Source: Chiloscyllium plagiosum (lineage: Eukaryota). From it: a DNA stretch of 64,000 nt. Shown here piece after piece: positions 25,129-37,939 of this stretch. How positions within the stretch are numbered: position 1 is the first letter of the stretch; every line of letters starts with the position of its first letter. Made by a program: the position numbers and the translations under genes. Under the pieces are notes generated by a model. It saw nothing but the letters and a program-made list of their open reading frames with translations, was not told the DNA's origin and made no database searches. The stretch spans positions 48,715,152 to 48,779,151 of the forward strand of contig NC_057728.1 of assembly GCF_004010195.1 (NCBI RefSeq), in the 5' to 3' direction.

Positions 25129-26421
25129 CTGTGAAAATAGTATGGCAGAATAAGAGAGATGAAGCAAATTCAAATCATATTATGTAATCATCATCAAAAC
25201 TTAATAGCTGGAGATTCGCTCCAGTGAAGCTAAGGCACAGGAAACTATATGCTAACCAAAAATCATTGAAGGGATAAACATACATATTTAAATGTATACC
25301 AGAACTAGGAACGCAGGAAGACCTCTTATTTTCAATATTTCCTTACTAAACCAATGGTGAGGAACCCTTGAATTGAAAGAGCAAATGGAGTGTTTGCTGT
25401 AATAAAAAAAAAAGTGATTTGAGGCAATTATTGGCCAAACTATTTAATTATTAGAACCTTAGAGTATAGGTATTCAATAATGTCTTCAATAACTTGTTTA
25501 TTTTGTTCATTTTCAAGACACAGGTATTACCGAAATGGCCAGAATTTGTTATCCACCCCCAGATGTTCCTGAAAGATGGCAAAACAGTTTTTCTTACACC
25601 ACTGCAGTTCACATAGCGAAGGTATCCCCACAGAATGGTTAGATAGCAAGTTCCAAGATTTTGAGCAAGTTACTTTAAAAGAAATGGTGATGCATGCTCA
25701 GGTTTGCATGGTGTGGGTTTACATGGGAACTGGAGATAGTGGCATTCTTATTCACCTCCCACCCATGTCCATCCAGATAGATTATTTTACCAATTACAGT
25801 TTTCTGATCGAAACATGAAAATGCTGGAGAACCTCAGCACATTTGGCAACAGCTGTGAAGAGAGAAACAGAATTCCAAGTTTCAATTCTGCTATTACTCT
25901 TATTCAAAACTGAAAGGGGATGGAAAATGGTTAGTTTAATGTTGTTGAAGGGGGAAGGAGGAGCGAGTGGAACAGATGGCAAGTATGCCCAAAGCCCAAG
26001 GCAAAATGAGTCCTAATGGTGGAAAAGGATAAATAGAAATGTAAAATAGGTGTAAATTATAGGTGTTAGAAAGGAGTAAGTGAACCTGCTCTGCTAAGAG
26101 CAAAGTCAAGAAATCAGCAGGGGTAGAATCAAAACAAAGCAGAGAGAGAGATCATGCTCTGAAGTTGTTGAAATCAATGTGGAGTCCTGAAGACTGTAAA
26201 GCACCTAAGTGGAAAATGAGCTTATGTAGAACTTTGCTGGAAGACTACACCAAACACAAGATGGAACTGTTAGCATGGAAGCAAAAAGATTTTTATTAAA
26301 AATGCCAAGCAAATGGAAGATCAATGTGATTCTTGTGGAGAGCTCAGAGGTACTCTGCAAAGCAGTGAAGCAATCTGCATTTGGTCTTGGCATAGGCAAA
26401 GAGAGAATTTGCTGATCACCA

Positions 26422-26995
26422 AGCTAAAAATGTTTTGCTGGAAAAGCGCACGTCAGGCAGCATCCAAGGAGCAGGAGAATCAACGTTTCGGGCATGAGCC
26501 CTTCTTCAGGAATGAGGAAAGTGTGCCAAGCAGGCTAAGATAAAAGGTAGGGACTTGGGGGAGGGGCGTTGGAAATGCGATAGGAGGAAGGAGGTTAAGG
26601 TGAGGGTGATAGGCCGGAGTGGGGGTGGGGACGGAGAGGTCAGGAAGAAGATTGCAGGTTAGGAAGGTGGTGCTGAGTTCGAGGGATTTGACTGAGACAA
26701 GGTGGGGGGAGGGGAAATGAGGAAACTGGAGAAATCTGAGTTCATCCCTTGTGGTTGGAGGGTTCCCAGGCAGAAGATGAGGTGCTCTTCCTCCAGCCGT
26801 CGTGTTGCTATGGTCTGGCAATGGAGTCGTCCAGGGACCTGCATGTCCTTGATGGAGTGGGAGGGGGAGTTGAAGTGTTGAGCCACGGGGTGGTTGGGTT
26901 GGTTGGTCCGGATGTCCCAGAGGTGTTCTCTGAAACGTTCCGCAAGTAGGTGACCTGTCTCCCCAATATAGAGAAGGCCACATCGGGTGCAGCCC
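26422..26995 (-). mobile_element. Penelope-like element (family A) 3' fragment: GIY-YIG plus pLTR with hammerhead motif
   Basis: CTRCGLLYIGETGHLLAERFREHL...; homologous to 1-708; hammerhead at 26509-26482. Confidence 0.88.
26482..26509 (-). ncRNA. Minimal type I hammerhead ribozyme motif
   Basis: CTGAAGA-A-GGGC(TCAT)GCCC-GAAA-CGTT. Confidence 0.65.
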
Positions 26996-27695
26996 AAGGG
27001 AAAGACAACGGAATGAGGACATGCCACAACCCAAAGGACTAGCCACACTACCATACGTCAAAAACATTTCTGAACTGACAGCCAGACTACTGCGACCACG
27101 AGGACTCATAACAGCACACAAACCAACAGCCACTCTCGGACAACAACTCACCAGGACGAAGGACCCGATACCCATCATGAGCAAAACCCCATGCAAGTGT
27201 ACAAAATCCCATGCAAGGACTGCACAAAACACTACATAGGACAAACAGGAAGACAGCTAACGGTCCGCATCCATGAACACCAACTAGCCACGAAACGACA
27301 TGACCAGCTATCCTTAGTAGCCACACACTCAGATGACAAGCAACATGAGTTCGACTGGGACAACACTACTATTATAGGACAAGCCAAACAGAACAACCAG
27401 GGAATTTCTAGAGGCATGGCACTTATCCACAGATTCAATCAATCAATAAGCACATCGACTTGGACCCAATATATTGGCCACTGCAGCGGACAGCTGGAAC
27501 TGACAACCGGAGGCGGCAGATACAAATCACTATAAATGCCGGAAGAAACATCACAGAAGCGCTTCACAGGAGGCTCCCAAGCACTGAGGATGTCACCTAG
27601 ACAGGGGACGAAACGTCTTCAACACAAACTCCCAGCTCGGCGAACAGAACCACAACAACGAGCACCCGAGCTACAAGTCTTCTCCCAAACTTTGA
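26996..27695 (+). mobile_element. Penelope-like element (family B, Poseidon-type) 3' fragment: GIY-YIG plus pLTR
   Basis: ATLPYVKNISELTARLLRP...VYKIPCKDCTKHYIGQTGRQLTVRIHEH...HEFDWDNTTII, with a frameshift near 27190. Confidence 0.88.
27584..27617 (+). ncRNA. Minimal type I hammerhead ribozyme motif (family B)
   Basis: CTGAGGA-T-GTCACCT(AGAC)AGGGGAC-GAAA-CGTC; stem I gca/ttc has one mismatch. Confidence 0.65.
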
Positions 27696-28074
27696 ATGCT
27701 GACTGCTAGTACTTATAGAATCGAGGGGCGGGGGTGCACGAATCGTGATGGAGGGGCAGCGCGTGCAAGCCAGTGGAGGCTCTACACGCGAGAGACAGCG
27801 CGCAAGCGTGTGGATGGGGGGTTGATGGTGGTTAAAGATATTCCAAGTAAAAGCTCACGTGTGTCCCTGTAAATGAAAGAAATCTTTCACCTCCATAAAT
27901 GTTCTGTGTAACTCAAAAAAAACTGCACTCTTGGGGATGCGTGTTTCCGGCATCATTTATTGCCCAACTCTAGCTTGCCTCAAGGTGGTGATAGCAGGCA
28001 GCTTCTTTGAACCAAAGTAGCTTACTAGGCTACTTAAAAGGGCAGTCAGAATTAATTAATTCCTTTGGCTTGGC

Positions 28075-28812
28075 AAAAGTGAAATACTGCAGATACTGGG
28101 AACGTGAAATAAGAACAGAAATGCTGGAAAACTTAACAGTACTGATAACAGCTGTGGAGACAAAGAAAAGTGAGCATTTCAGGTTGACAACCTTTTACCA
28201 GAACTGAGCAGAAAGAGAGATTTAAGAGTTCTTAAAACAAGCAGAAGGTGGGAGGAACAGAGGCGATCTTTGATAGGATAGTGCCAAAGGAAATAAAATA
28301 GTAAAAGATTCAATGACAACAGCCAAAAAGGGTAGCAATAAATATACTGAATCAATTAAGGTTGCATCTAAATGGGGTATGAAATCCTATTTTAAAAATC
28401 TGAATGCAACATGAAGGGATAAAGGAATATGACAAAGATAAAGCAGCAAAACGCCCATATCTCCTCTCACCCCTCACCCTCCCTTACAAACCATGATAAC
28501 ATTTCCCTTTATCCTCACCATCCACTCCCAGACTTCATACTCAATGCATCAGCCTTCCTGGTTTCCACCAGCTCCACTACAAAGTAACCACTGAAGACAT
28601 TTCCACTGCCTTCCTTTTCTTCATTCTGCAGAGATTGTTGATTGCATTTCCCAGTCACTGCTTACATATCCATCCTCCCCATTCAAGAAATACAGCACCT
28701 GCCTTTGCACTTTCATTTTTTTTCACCATCCAAAGCCCCAAACACTCCAAGTGATATGGAGAATTTTGTACTACTTTCAATTAAACAACCATTTCTCTTC
28801 AGTTCTGACAAC
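28075..28812. mobile_element. Old, degraded Penelope-like remnant (inverted pLTR at 28075-28207, coding remnant at about 28450-28810)
   Basis: aaatactgcagatactgg...aaatgctggaaaact...cagaactg resembles 25815-25912 and 37760-37900. The plus arm appears to resume at 29797-29860, after a CR1 insertion. Confidence 0.4.
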
Positions 28813-28817
28813 AAGTC

Positions 28818-29793
28818 AGAGTCATAGAGATGTACAGCATGGAAACAGACCCTTCCGTCCAACCCGCCCATGCCAACCAGATATCCCAACCCAATCTAGT
28901 CCCACCTGCCAGCACCCGGCCCATATCTCTCCAAACCCATATTTATATACCCATCCAAATGCCTTTTAAAATGTTGCAATTGCACCAGCTCCACCACTTC
29001 CTCTGGCAGTTCACTACATACACGTCCCATCCTGTGTGAAAACGTTGCCCTTTAGGTCTCCTTTTATATCTTTCCCCCCTCACTCTAAACCTATGCCCTC
29101 TAGTTCTGTCCACTACACCTCCAATTTTGGTGTCATCTGCAAACTTACTAACAGTACCTCTTATGCTCACATCCAAATTATTTATTTAAATGACAAAAAG
29201 TAGAGGACAAGCACTGATCCTTGTGGCACTCCACTGGTCACAGGCCTCCAGTCTGAAAAACAACCCTCCACCACAACCCTCTGTCCTCTACCTTTGAGCC
29301 AGTTCTGTATCCAAATGGCTAGTTCTCCCTTTATTCCGCGAGATCTAACCTTGCTAACCAGTCTCCCATGGGGAACCTTGTTGAACGCCTTACTGTGAAG
29401 TCCATATAGATCACATCTACCGCTCTGCCCTCATCAATCCTCTTTGATACTTCTTCAAAAAACTCAAATCAAGTTTGAGAGACATGATTTCCCCACGCAC
29501 AAAACCATGTTGACTATCCCTAATCAGTCCTTGCTTTTCCAAATACATGTACATCCTGTCCCTCAGGATTCCCTCCAACAACTTGCCCAACACCGAGGTC
29601 AGGCTCACTGGTCTATAGTTCCCTGGCTTGTCCTTACCACCCTTCTTAAACAGTGGCACCATGTTGGCCAACCTCCAATCTTCCAGCACCTCACCTGTGA
29701 CTATCGATGATACAAATATCTCAGCAAGAGGCCCAGCAATCACTTCTCTCGCTTCCCAGAGTTCTCGGGTACAACTGATCAGGTCCTGGGGAT
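28818..29793 (-). mobile_element. CR1 LINE fragment with a large internal deletion
   Basis: Nearly identical to parts of 5543-7120; jumps from the RT to the C-terminus at about 29106. Confidence 0.9.
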
Positions 29794-30220
29794 TTTATTG
29801 ACCCAAAACATTAACTATGATTCTCTCCACCGATGCTGCCTGACTTGCTGAGCTTTTCCAACCTACCTTTAATCTTATTTCACTATAATCAGATGTAGGC
29901 CAGACTAGGTAATGACAGCTTTCAATCAAACCAGCTGAATTTCTACATCAATCTAACAGCTTCAGTTTTTTTTTAAAAACTGAACCAAATAGTCATTTCC
30001 AGGGTTCTTTTAAAATAAGTTCAAACTATCAATATGCTTGTCCAAGAGCAATAACTACATAATTTACTCATTCTAATGACACCTTTTCATCATCTTCAAA
30101 ATGCTTATTTTTTTCTAATTCTTCCTACAACTTGTTCCTGAAATGTGGCAGATTTTTTTTTTTTTTAAGAAATTGTCACATCCCGTGCTGTATTTCCCAT
30201 GGCACAGCTATGCTGAAAAT

Positions 30221-31372
30221 TAAGACCATAAGACATAGGAGTGGAAGTAAGGCCATTCGGCCCATCGAGTCCACTCCGCCATTCAATCATGGCTGATGCG
30301 CATTTCAGCTCCACATACCAGCGTTCTCCCCGTAGCCCTTAATTCCTCTAGACAACAAGAATCTATCAATCTCGGCCTTGAAGACATTTAGCGTCCCGGC
30401 TTCCACTGCACTCCGTGGCAATGAATTCCACAGGCCCACCACTCTCTGGCTGAAGAAATGTCTCCGCATTTCTGTTCTGAAATGACCCCCTCTAATTCTA
30501 AGGCTGTGTCCATGGGTCCTAGTCTCCTCGTCTAACGGAAACAATTTCCTAGCATCCACCTTTTCCAAGCCATGTATTATTTTGTACGTCTCTATTAAGT
30601 CTCCCCTTAATCTTCTAAACTCCAACGAATACAATCCCAGTATCCTCAGCCGTTCCTCATATGTTAGACCTGTCATTCCAGGGATCATCCGTGTGAATCT
30701 CCGCTGGACACGTTCCAGTGCCAGTATGTCCTTCCTGAGGTGCAGGGACCAAAACTGGACACAGTACTCCAAATGGGGCCTAACCAGAGCTTTATAAAGT
30801 CTTAGTAGTACATCTCTGCTTTTATATTCCAACCCTCTTGAGATAAGAGACAACATTGCATTCGCCTTCTTAAAGCCATTTCCTGGACCACTCTCCCAAC
30901 CTGTCTCGATCCTTCTGTAGCCTCCCCACTTCCTCAGTACTACCTGCCTGTCCACCTCACTTCGTATCATCGGCAATCTTCGCTAGAATGCCCCCGGTTC
31001 CCTTATCCAAATCATTAATATATAATGCGAACAGCTGTGGCCCCAGCACCGAACCCTGCGGGACACCGCTCGTCACCGGCTGCCATTCTGAAAAAGAACC
31101 TTTTATCCCAACACTCTGCCTTCTGTTAGACAGCCAATCCTCAATCCATCCCAGCAGCTCACCTCGAACACCATGGGCCCTCACCTTGCTCAGCAGCCTC
31201 CCGTGTGGCACCTTATCAAAGGCCTTTTGAAAGTCTAGATAGACCACATCCACTGGGTTTCCCTGGTCTAACCTACATGTTACCTCTTCAAAAAATTCCA
31301 ACAGGTTTGTCAGGCATGACCTCCCTTTACTAAATCCATGTTGACTTGTTCTAATCAGACTCTGCTCTTCCA
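30221..31372 (-). mobile_element. CR1 LINE fragment (third subfamily) with an internal deletion
   Basis: [49 protein letters not shown]; tail taagaccataagacatagg. Confidence 0.9.
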
Positions 31373-32090
31373 ACTGTCATAATGCAGAAAATGATCGCCA
31401 CGCAACATACTACAACATAAACAACAGGTATTTTGAAGAATCTCTTGCTCTGGTCAGTGAATTTGCTTTACAAATAAATTCACCATTTTTTATAGTATTT
31501 GAACTACTTATTTATTATGGTGTCAATGTGTTTTGTGTAAAGCTATTACACATATCAGCACTTCTATTCAATATGGATGAATTTTGTCAATAGATTACAA
31601 ATGTGACAGCAATTTAATGCAATGAATCTGAAGAACATGCCCGAATCAGATCCTCAGTTTCTAGCCACTAATAGCTTAATTTTTAAGGTTTGCTGCATTT
31701 TTGTATGAAAGACATTTGCATTCAAAACGTAATTTCTCTGGTTTCTAAAGATACATTTTTGTGAATTAGTAATTAATTTACTGAACCAGAGACAAACTAC
31801 TTAAGAATACTGCCTTCTGTAAAATTAATAGATGACTGGAATCCTTTTGCCTTTTAACAAATCACATAGGCATTATGCAGCAATGTTCTCAAAGAAATAT
31901 CTTTCAGCATGTTAAGACATCACAAAGTGATTCATAATCAGTAAATTGGTTTTTGATGCAAAACTCGTTGGATAAGTAGATGGTTGGAGATACCTTGCCT
32001 TATGCCGTTACGTCTCAAGAATTTTTTTTAAAAAAAACTCACTATAATCTAGCAGTGAGAAATTACTCTATCAAACAGGCATCAAAACAG

Positions 32091-32465
32091 TCATGATTTG
32101 GAGATGCCGGTATTGGACTGGGGTGTACAAAGTTAAAAGTCACACAACACCATGTGTAGCTAGCTAACACCAATTGTTACAGCTAACCTGAGAATGCAAC
32201 TTTTTTAAAAAAAGGTTTTGTGACTTACACATGAAAGAAGTGAAACTACCATGGTATTCGAACAGATGAAAGACTCAACAGACAATCAAGGTATTTTTCA
32301 ATGTATAATTTCAGTTACATCACACTGTAAATTTTTGCTATAAATTCTGTGCCTTACAATTGTGTCCTCCACAATCACCTGATGGAGGAGCAGCACTCCA
32401 AAAGTTAGTGTGCTTCCAATTAAACCCGTTGGACTATAACCGGGTATTGTGTGATTTTTAACTTA
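32091..32465. mobile_element. Mini Penelope-derived insertion (family C) with inverted ends
   Basis: Probable TSD gcatcaaaa(c/g)ag at 32079-32090 and 32466-32477; decayed hammerhead at 32379-32408. Confidence 0.72.
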
Positions 32466-33314
32466 GCATCAAAAGAGGGCATGGATTTCTCAAAGAGGTA
32501 ATGCACCCAAATGGAATGTGTTCTCTACAAAATACCATTCTTCCCATCGACCTAACAAGTTACTTTGCAACTGTTGGCACCAGAATAATGTCTACTTATA
32601 TGTACTTGCCACATGGAGGAATTGGATATCAGTCAGAAGTGCAAGTCATGGTCAACTGCTACCCAATTGAGGGGAACTGTTTCTATATCCACCTGGCATT
32701 AGTTGAGCTCAAACTACCACAATATTCTACAACACTATTAAATGTATTGTACACTATTTACATTTATCACATTATTAAAATTGTTGCATTACCCTAATAA
32801 AACAAGGCTCTTAACAATACTGAAGTACCATTCTTGGGCCACAAATTTACAACCTTCAGCCTCTCAATCCAGATGTTCAGCAGTTTTTTTAAAATTCAAA
32901 CTTTGCATATTACATGATAATAAATGTCTGTCAATGTTTTTGTAATTGTGTTTTTTGTTTAAAATAAACCTTAGAGGGATGATAGTAAAACTAATTTTGG
33001 TATTCTAGAGAATCAATTGATCAAGAAAGATACAATGTTAATTGCTCACTGGTTACACAAAGTGCAAAAAATAACTTACGTTGCAATTTCAGCTCTCCAT
33101 CCACTATACAGAGAGGTGGGGGGAAAGGCATCAGGATGCAAAACGATAGGAAAGAAAAAGAAAAAAAGCAGCTTCAGCAAAGCAAAGGATAAAGATGAGT
33201 TTGTTTTTCATGCAAAAGAAATCTTGAGTATTTTAGTTTTGAAACTGCTCTAATCACAAAATAGGAAAATTTATTGTTGCTTCATATACAGAGCTCGATT
33301 ATTACTGGAAGGTG

Positions 33315-33800
33315 TAACAGGCTGTCAAAGCTTTTCATCTTGCATCTATCAGGGCATAATTGCAAGAATATTACATTTTAAAGGAAAAATGGTCTATATG
33401 ACATAAAACAAGCAGGTGCTGATTGGAAGACGGGTGGATAAGTGGCACTGCCGCAGAGAATGCACCAGGAAACACATGGCAGACAAGCTTTTATTTCAAT
33501 TCATACCTAGCAAGTCAGATGATTGAATTATCCCCATGTGGAACACACCAGGGAATTACTATCCCTCAAGCTTTTGTTTCGTTACTAATGTGGATGTTCG
33601 TTTTGTGATGCAAAAGACAATGTCTTGTGTTTGCGATTATATGCAGTTTCTAGCACACAAATGGCCTACACTTCAAGACCCAAATAATTTAAATTTGTTT
33701 TAGTGCTATTCTTAGCAGAATCAAAATCAGCCAAATAACTGGTGAATGTATCAAACAGCACATCTCTTTCACAGTTCATATCGGGCAGGGTCACTGACCA
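33315..33800 (-). mobile_element. Possible old Penelope-derived remnant
   Basis: Minus strand cCTGATAGATGCAAGATGAAAAGCTTTGAC resembles a decayed hammerhead. Confidence 0.3.
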
Positions 33801-34418
33801 TACTCAACCAGTCCATGCTTACAAAACACATAATAGATATCTAACATTAGACAGGTTCTGAAATTGGACAGCACATGCTAAACAAACCAGATTGACTAGG
33901 GAACCTGAAGCATGGGAACAGAGGCTCAGGATAAGGGGCATTTAAGGCTGAGACAGGAGAAATTTCTTCACAGGATCATAAATCTTTGGAATTCTTTATC
34001 CTAAAGAATTGTGGATACTCCTTTTTATAGTATTGTATAATGAGATAGAAGATTTTTCATTTCTCGGGGAAAGAGAGGGAAAACGGGAGTGGGTCAAAAA
34101 GTGAACTTCAGTCTGAGGATCAATAAAGATTCTATTAATACTGGAGCAAGCTCAAAAGGTCTATTGGTCTATTAATGTTCCTATTTCCTATGTTGAAATT
34201 GGGGATAAATTTCAGATCAGCAGTAATCTATATGACTGAAGTTATTTCCTTGGCAAACTCAAGTGACCCCGATAGCATCTCAGTACATACTGCCTGCTTA
34301 TAACTGCTTCCATATTTGACCTGTAATGAGAGATATTGAGCCCAATTCTGTGCTCAATGAAACATACTTCAACACCCTGACTGAATAAATTAACTTCCTT
34401 CTATTCTCAGTCAAAAGA

Positions 34419-34627
34419 TGATCTGGAGGTACCAGTGTTGACTGGGATGAACAAGGTCAGAAGTCACAACACCAAAGTATTGATGAACAGGTCTATTTGA
34501 AATCACAAGCTTTTGGAGCACTGCTCCTTTGTTAGGTGATTTCACCTGACGAAGAAACAGCGGTCCGAAAGCTTGTGATTTCAAGTAAACCTGTTGGACT
34601 ATAACCTGGTGTCGTGTGACTTCTGAT
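34419..34627. mobile_element. Mini Penelope-derived hairpin insertion (family C variant) with 12-bp TSD
   Basis: TSD tcagtcaaaaga at 34407-34418 and 34628-34639; arms meet at aggtga-tt-tcacct; hammerhead CTGACGA...GAAAGCTT at 34546-34574 with stem I tcac/gtga. Confidence 0.8.
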
Positions 34628-34729
34628 TCAGTCAAAAGACGACTACTTGATGTTTTGCAACAAAGGAATTACCAAAATCATTTTTAACAAAATCCCTGGA
34701 AATAACTTCATCATATGCAATTTTAGAGA

Positions 34730-35235
34730 AGGTGATGGCCTAGTGGTGTTATCACAAGATCATTAAATCAAGAAACTCGACTAACCTTCTGGGGAACATT
34801 CCCGCCATGCCAGATGGTGGAATTTGAATGCAATAAAAATTTGAAATTAAGAATCTGACGATCGGGAAACCATTATCAATTGTCAGAAAACCTTGTCAGT
34901 TCAATAATGTCCTTCAAGGAAGGAAATTTAACTTCTTCACCTGATCTGTCCTACATGTGACTCTAGACTCACAGCAATGTGGTTGACTCTCAACTGCACT
35001 CAAGTGTCGAGTGTGAGATGCTAGAAAAGCACAGCAGGTCAAGCAGCATCCGAGGAGCAGGAACATCGATGTTTTTGCCCGAAACGTTGATTTTCCTGCT
35101 GCTCGGATGCTGCCTGACCTACTGTGCTTTTCCAGCACCACACACTCAACTCTAAATCTCCAGCATCTGCAGTCCTCACTTTCACCTGCACTCTTAAATG
35201 GCCTAGCAAGGCACTCAGTTGTATCAACCACTACA
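34730..35235 (+). mobile_element. Deu-domain/SacSINE-like tRNA-derived SINE, interrupted at 35002-35185
   Basis: Head gtgatggcctagtggt; body gatggtggaatttgaa...aatgtccttcaaggaaggaaat...gcaatgtggttgactctcaactg. Confidence 0.6.
35002..35185. mobile_element. Mini Penelope-derived hairpin insertion (family A)
   Basis: Inverted arms gctagaaaagcacagcaggtc / gacctactgtgcttttccagc; 8-bp direct repeat ctgcactc at 34994-35001 and 35186-35193. Confidence 0.78.
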
Positions 35236-35309
35236 AAGTCTCAAAGAAACAAAACCAGACCACCTAGCATCAACTTAGGCACCGGCAAAGAGAAAAGTAG
35301 AAACAGTTT

Positions 35310-36022
35310 TGTCCTCCTTACTGACATGTGGGAGCTAGTGCCAAAATTGGGAGAGCTGGATAAGAATGGGTATGAGGGCAAACTCTTCACTGGTTAGAGT
35401 TATACCGAGCACACAGAAAGATGGTTGTGGTTTTTGGAGGTCAGTCATCTCAGCACCAGGTCATCTCTGCAGGGGTTCCTCAGGGTAGTGGACAACGCAC
35501 AACCATCTTCTGCTGCTTCAACGATCTTCACTCAAAAAAGGTCAGAAATAGTGATGTCTGCCAATGATTGCACATGTTCAGCACCATTCCGGACTCCTCA
35601 GATACTGAAGCATCCATGTTCAAATACAAAAAGACCTGGACAGTAACAGTCGCGCCACACAGAGGCCAGGCAATGAGCATCTCCAAAAAGCGACAATGGC
35701 AACATTCAATGGTGTATCACTAAATCCCCCAATTAACAACATTCTAGGGGTTACCACTGACCAGAAACTCCACCGGACTCACCACATAAACACATCAGCT
35801 ACAACAGCAGGTCAGAGACTAGGAATACTGCAGCAAGTAACTTGCCTCCTGATTCCCCAAAGCCTATTCACTGTCTGCAAGTCACAGGTCAGGAGCATGA
35901 TGGAATCCCAACCACTTTTCTGGATGGGTGCAGCTCCAACAACACTCCAGAACCTTGACACCATCCAGGACAAACCAGCCTGCTCGAGTGGCACCACATC
36001 CACAAACGTCCACTCCCTCCAA
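35310..36022 (+). mobile_element. Degraded LINE (CR1/L2-type) RT fragment
   Basis: GVPQGS remnant at about 35472-35489; ILGVT.DQKL, QVRS.ME...WMGA. Confidence 0.65.
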
Positions 36023-36240
36023 TGACAGAAGGATTACAACTAAGATGCAACATCTTATTTAATTGTGACTAATTATCACTATTGTGCTTTTATCATGAGT
36101 TGTCAACTTCAATTTACACATTTGTTGAACATAGGTTGAAGAATCTGTACAGGTCAATATTCTGCAAAATTCTTGTTTCAAACTTACTGACTTCTTGATT
36201 TTAAGATTGTAGAACATAGATTTTCTCTGAATACCCATTA

Positions 36241-36397
36241 ACGTGCAGGTTAGGTGAATTGGCCTGCTAAGTTGCCCGTAGTGTTAGGTGAAGGGGTAAA
36301 TGTAGGGGAATGGGTCTGGGTGGGTTGCTCTCCGGAAGGTCGGTATGGACTTGTTGGGCCGAAGGGCCTGTTTCCACACTAAGTAATCTAATCTAAT
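36241..36397 (+). mobile_element. 5'-truncated HE1-type SINE
   Basis: gtgcaggttaggtgaattggcc...gggccgaagggcctgtttccacact...(ctaat)n. Confidence 0.8.
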
Positions 36398-37939
36398 ATA
36401 TATTTGAAAAATATACCTAAAACATCCCAGTTAGGTATACTGGCTCTCACTAACTGCAGTAGAGATTGCTAGTTTTACTCAAATCTTTATTTATTCAACA
36501 TTTCTGTATCATATGGATTGAGCAATATTCATACTAGATCAAAAATCAACTCTTCAACAATGGCTATTTTTCACAGCTTGCTTCATTCCACACAAGGTTG
36601 ACTCAAGTTCAAACAGTTTCATGAATCAAAACTTGCTATTTCAGTTTGACTTCAAAAATTTCTTCATATTGTGGCATATTTGTCACAAAGAGTGCATATG
36701 TAGTTAAACAGAAAATTATATAATGTAGCAAAGTGTGCAGTCAAACACAAAAAATAAAGTTTAAAACAAAATTAGAAATGATGAGTGACAAATATAAATG
36801 CTTCTGCAGTGCTGGTATAGGAGGTTGAAATCAATTTTAAATTTTAAAAATCATCCTTGTGATATGGGTATTGCTGACACACCCACAATGTTGTTGACTA
36901 GTGAATACCGCAAGTTAACCCAGTAACAATGAACAAAGAGCAATGTATGACCACGCAAGATTGGTACAAGACTTGGTGGGTACACTGTTCTCATTTCTCT
37001 ATTCTTTTTGTTCTTTTAAGTAGAGGATATCACAGGTTTTGGAGATGCTGCCAAACAAGCCTTGTTAAGGTGCTACAAAGCTTGTCATAGAGAACACAAA
37101 ATAGTTCAGGCAGCGGATATCTAAATTTAAATATTATGCTGTTTAAGTAGGCATCATGAAAATAGAAATATGCTCATAAGTTTTGAAAACAGTGACTGTT
37201 AAAGTAGTTATTGAAATAGACAATTTAAAGTTGTGTGTTAATTAGCCAATCTGATCAAGACATCTGCCAACTTAAAAATACAAAATCAATTTCTGCACAT
37301 AACATTCTAATATAACCTGGACACAAATCTACCAGATCTAAAATTTTTATATACTGTACACTGCATACCAAAATGAGTAAATTTTCTTGATGTGACTTTT
37401 GGCATATGCATAGTTGAGATTTTCCCATTGTTCTTTGTATTCTCTGAGTCACTCAACTTAACATCATACAGTGATCATGTTAGGTATTATTCTCTCAAAG
37501 TGCTGCTCATTTGTGGCATTCCTTTTCTCAGAAAGCAATGGAGCCCGATTCATTTAATTTATTCAATTTTAAGTTATGTAGATTCTTGATAGACAAATGA
37601 ATCAGAATTTTGGGGCAGGGCAGGAGAGGGAAAGGGGTGGTACAGACAGGAGATAGAGCTGAGACAACAATCAGATTAGATATGAACTTATTGAATGGCA
37701 GAGCAGGCCCAGGTTTACTTCTGCTCCTAACTCATTATCCTTACGAAATCTAACACAAAGGCAAAATACTGCCGATGTGGGAGCCTGAAATTAAACAGAA
37801 AATTTAATTTGAAAAGAAAATTCTGGAAATACTCAGATCAACAGGAGCATCTTCATAAACAAAGAGTTAACGGTTCGGATTGATAACTTTGTCAGAACTG
37901 AGAAACTTTAGAAATAAAAACATTTTTAAAAAGCAGGGC

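Noticed and set aside
26480..27244. 254-aa minus-strand ORF
   Set aside because: It is an alternative-frame read-through across the junction of two PLE fragments
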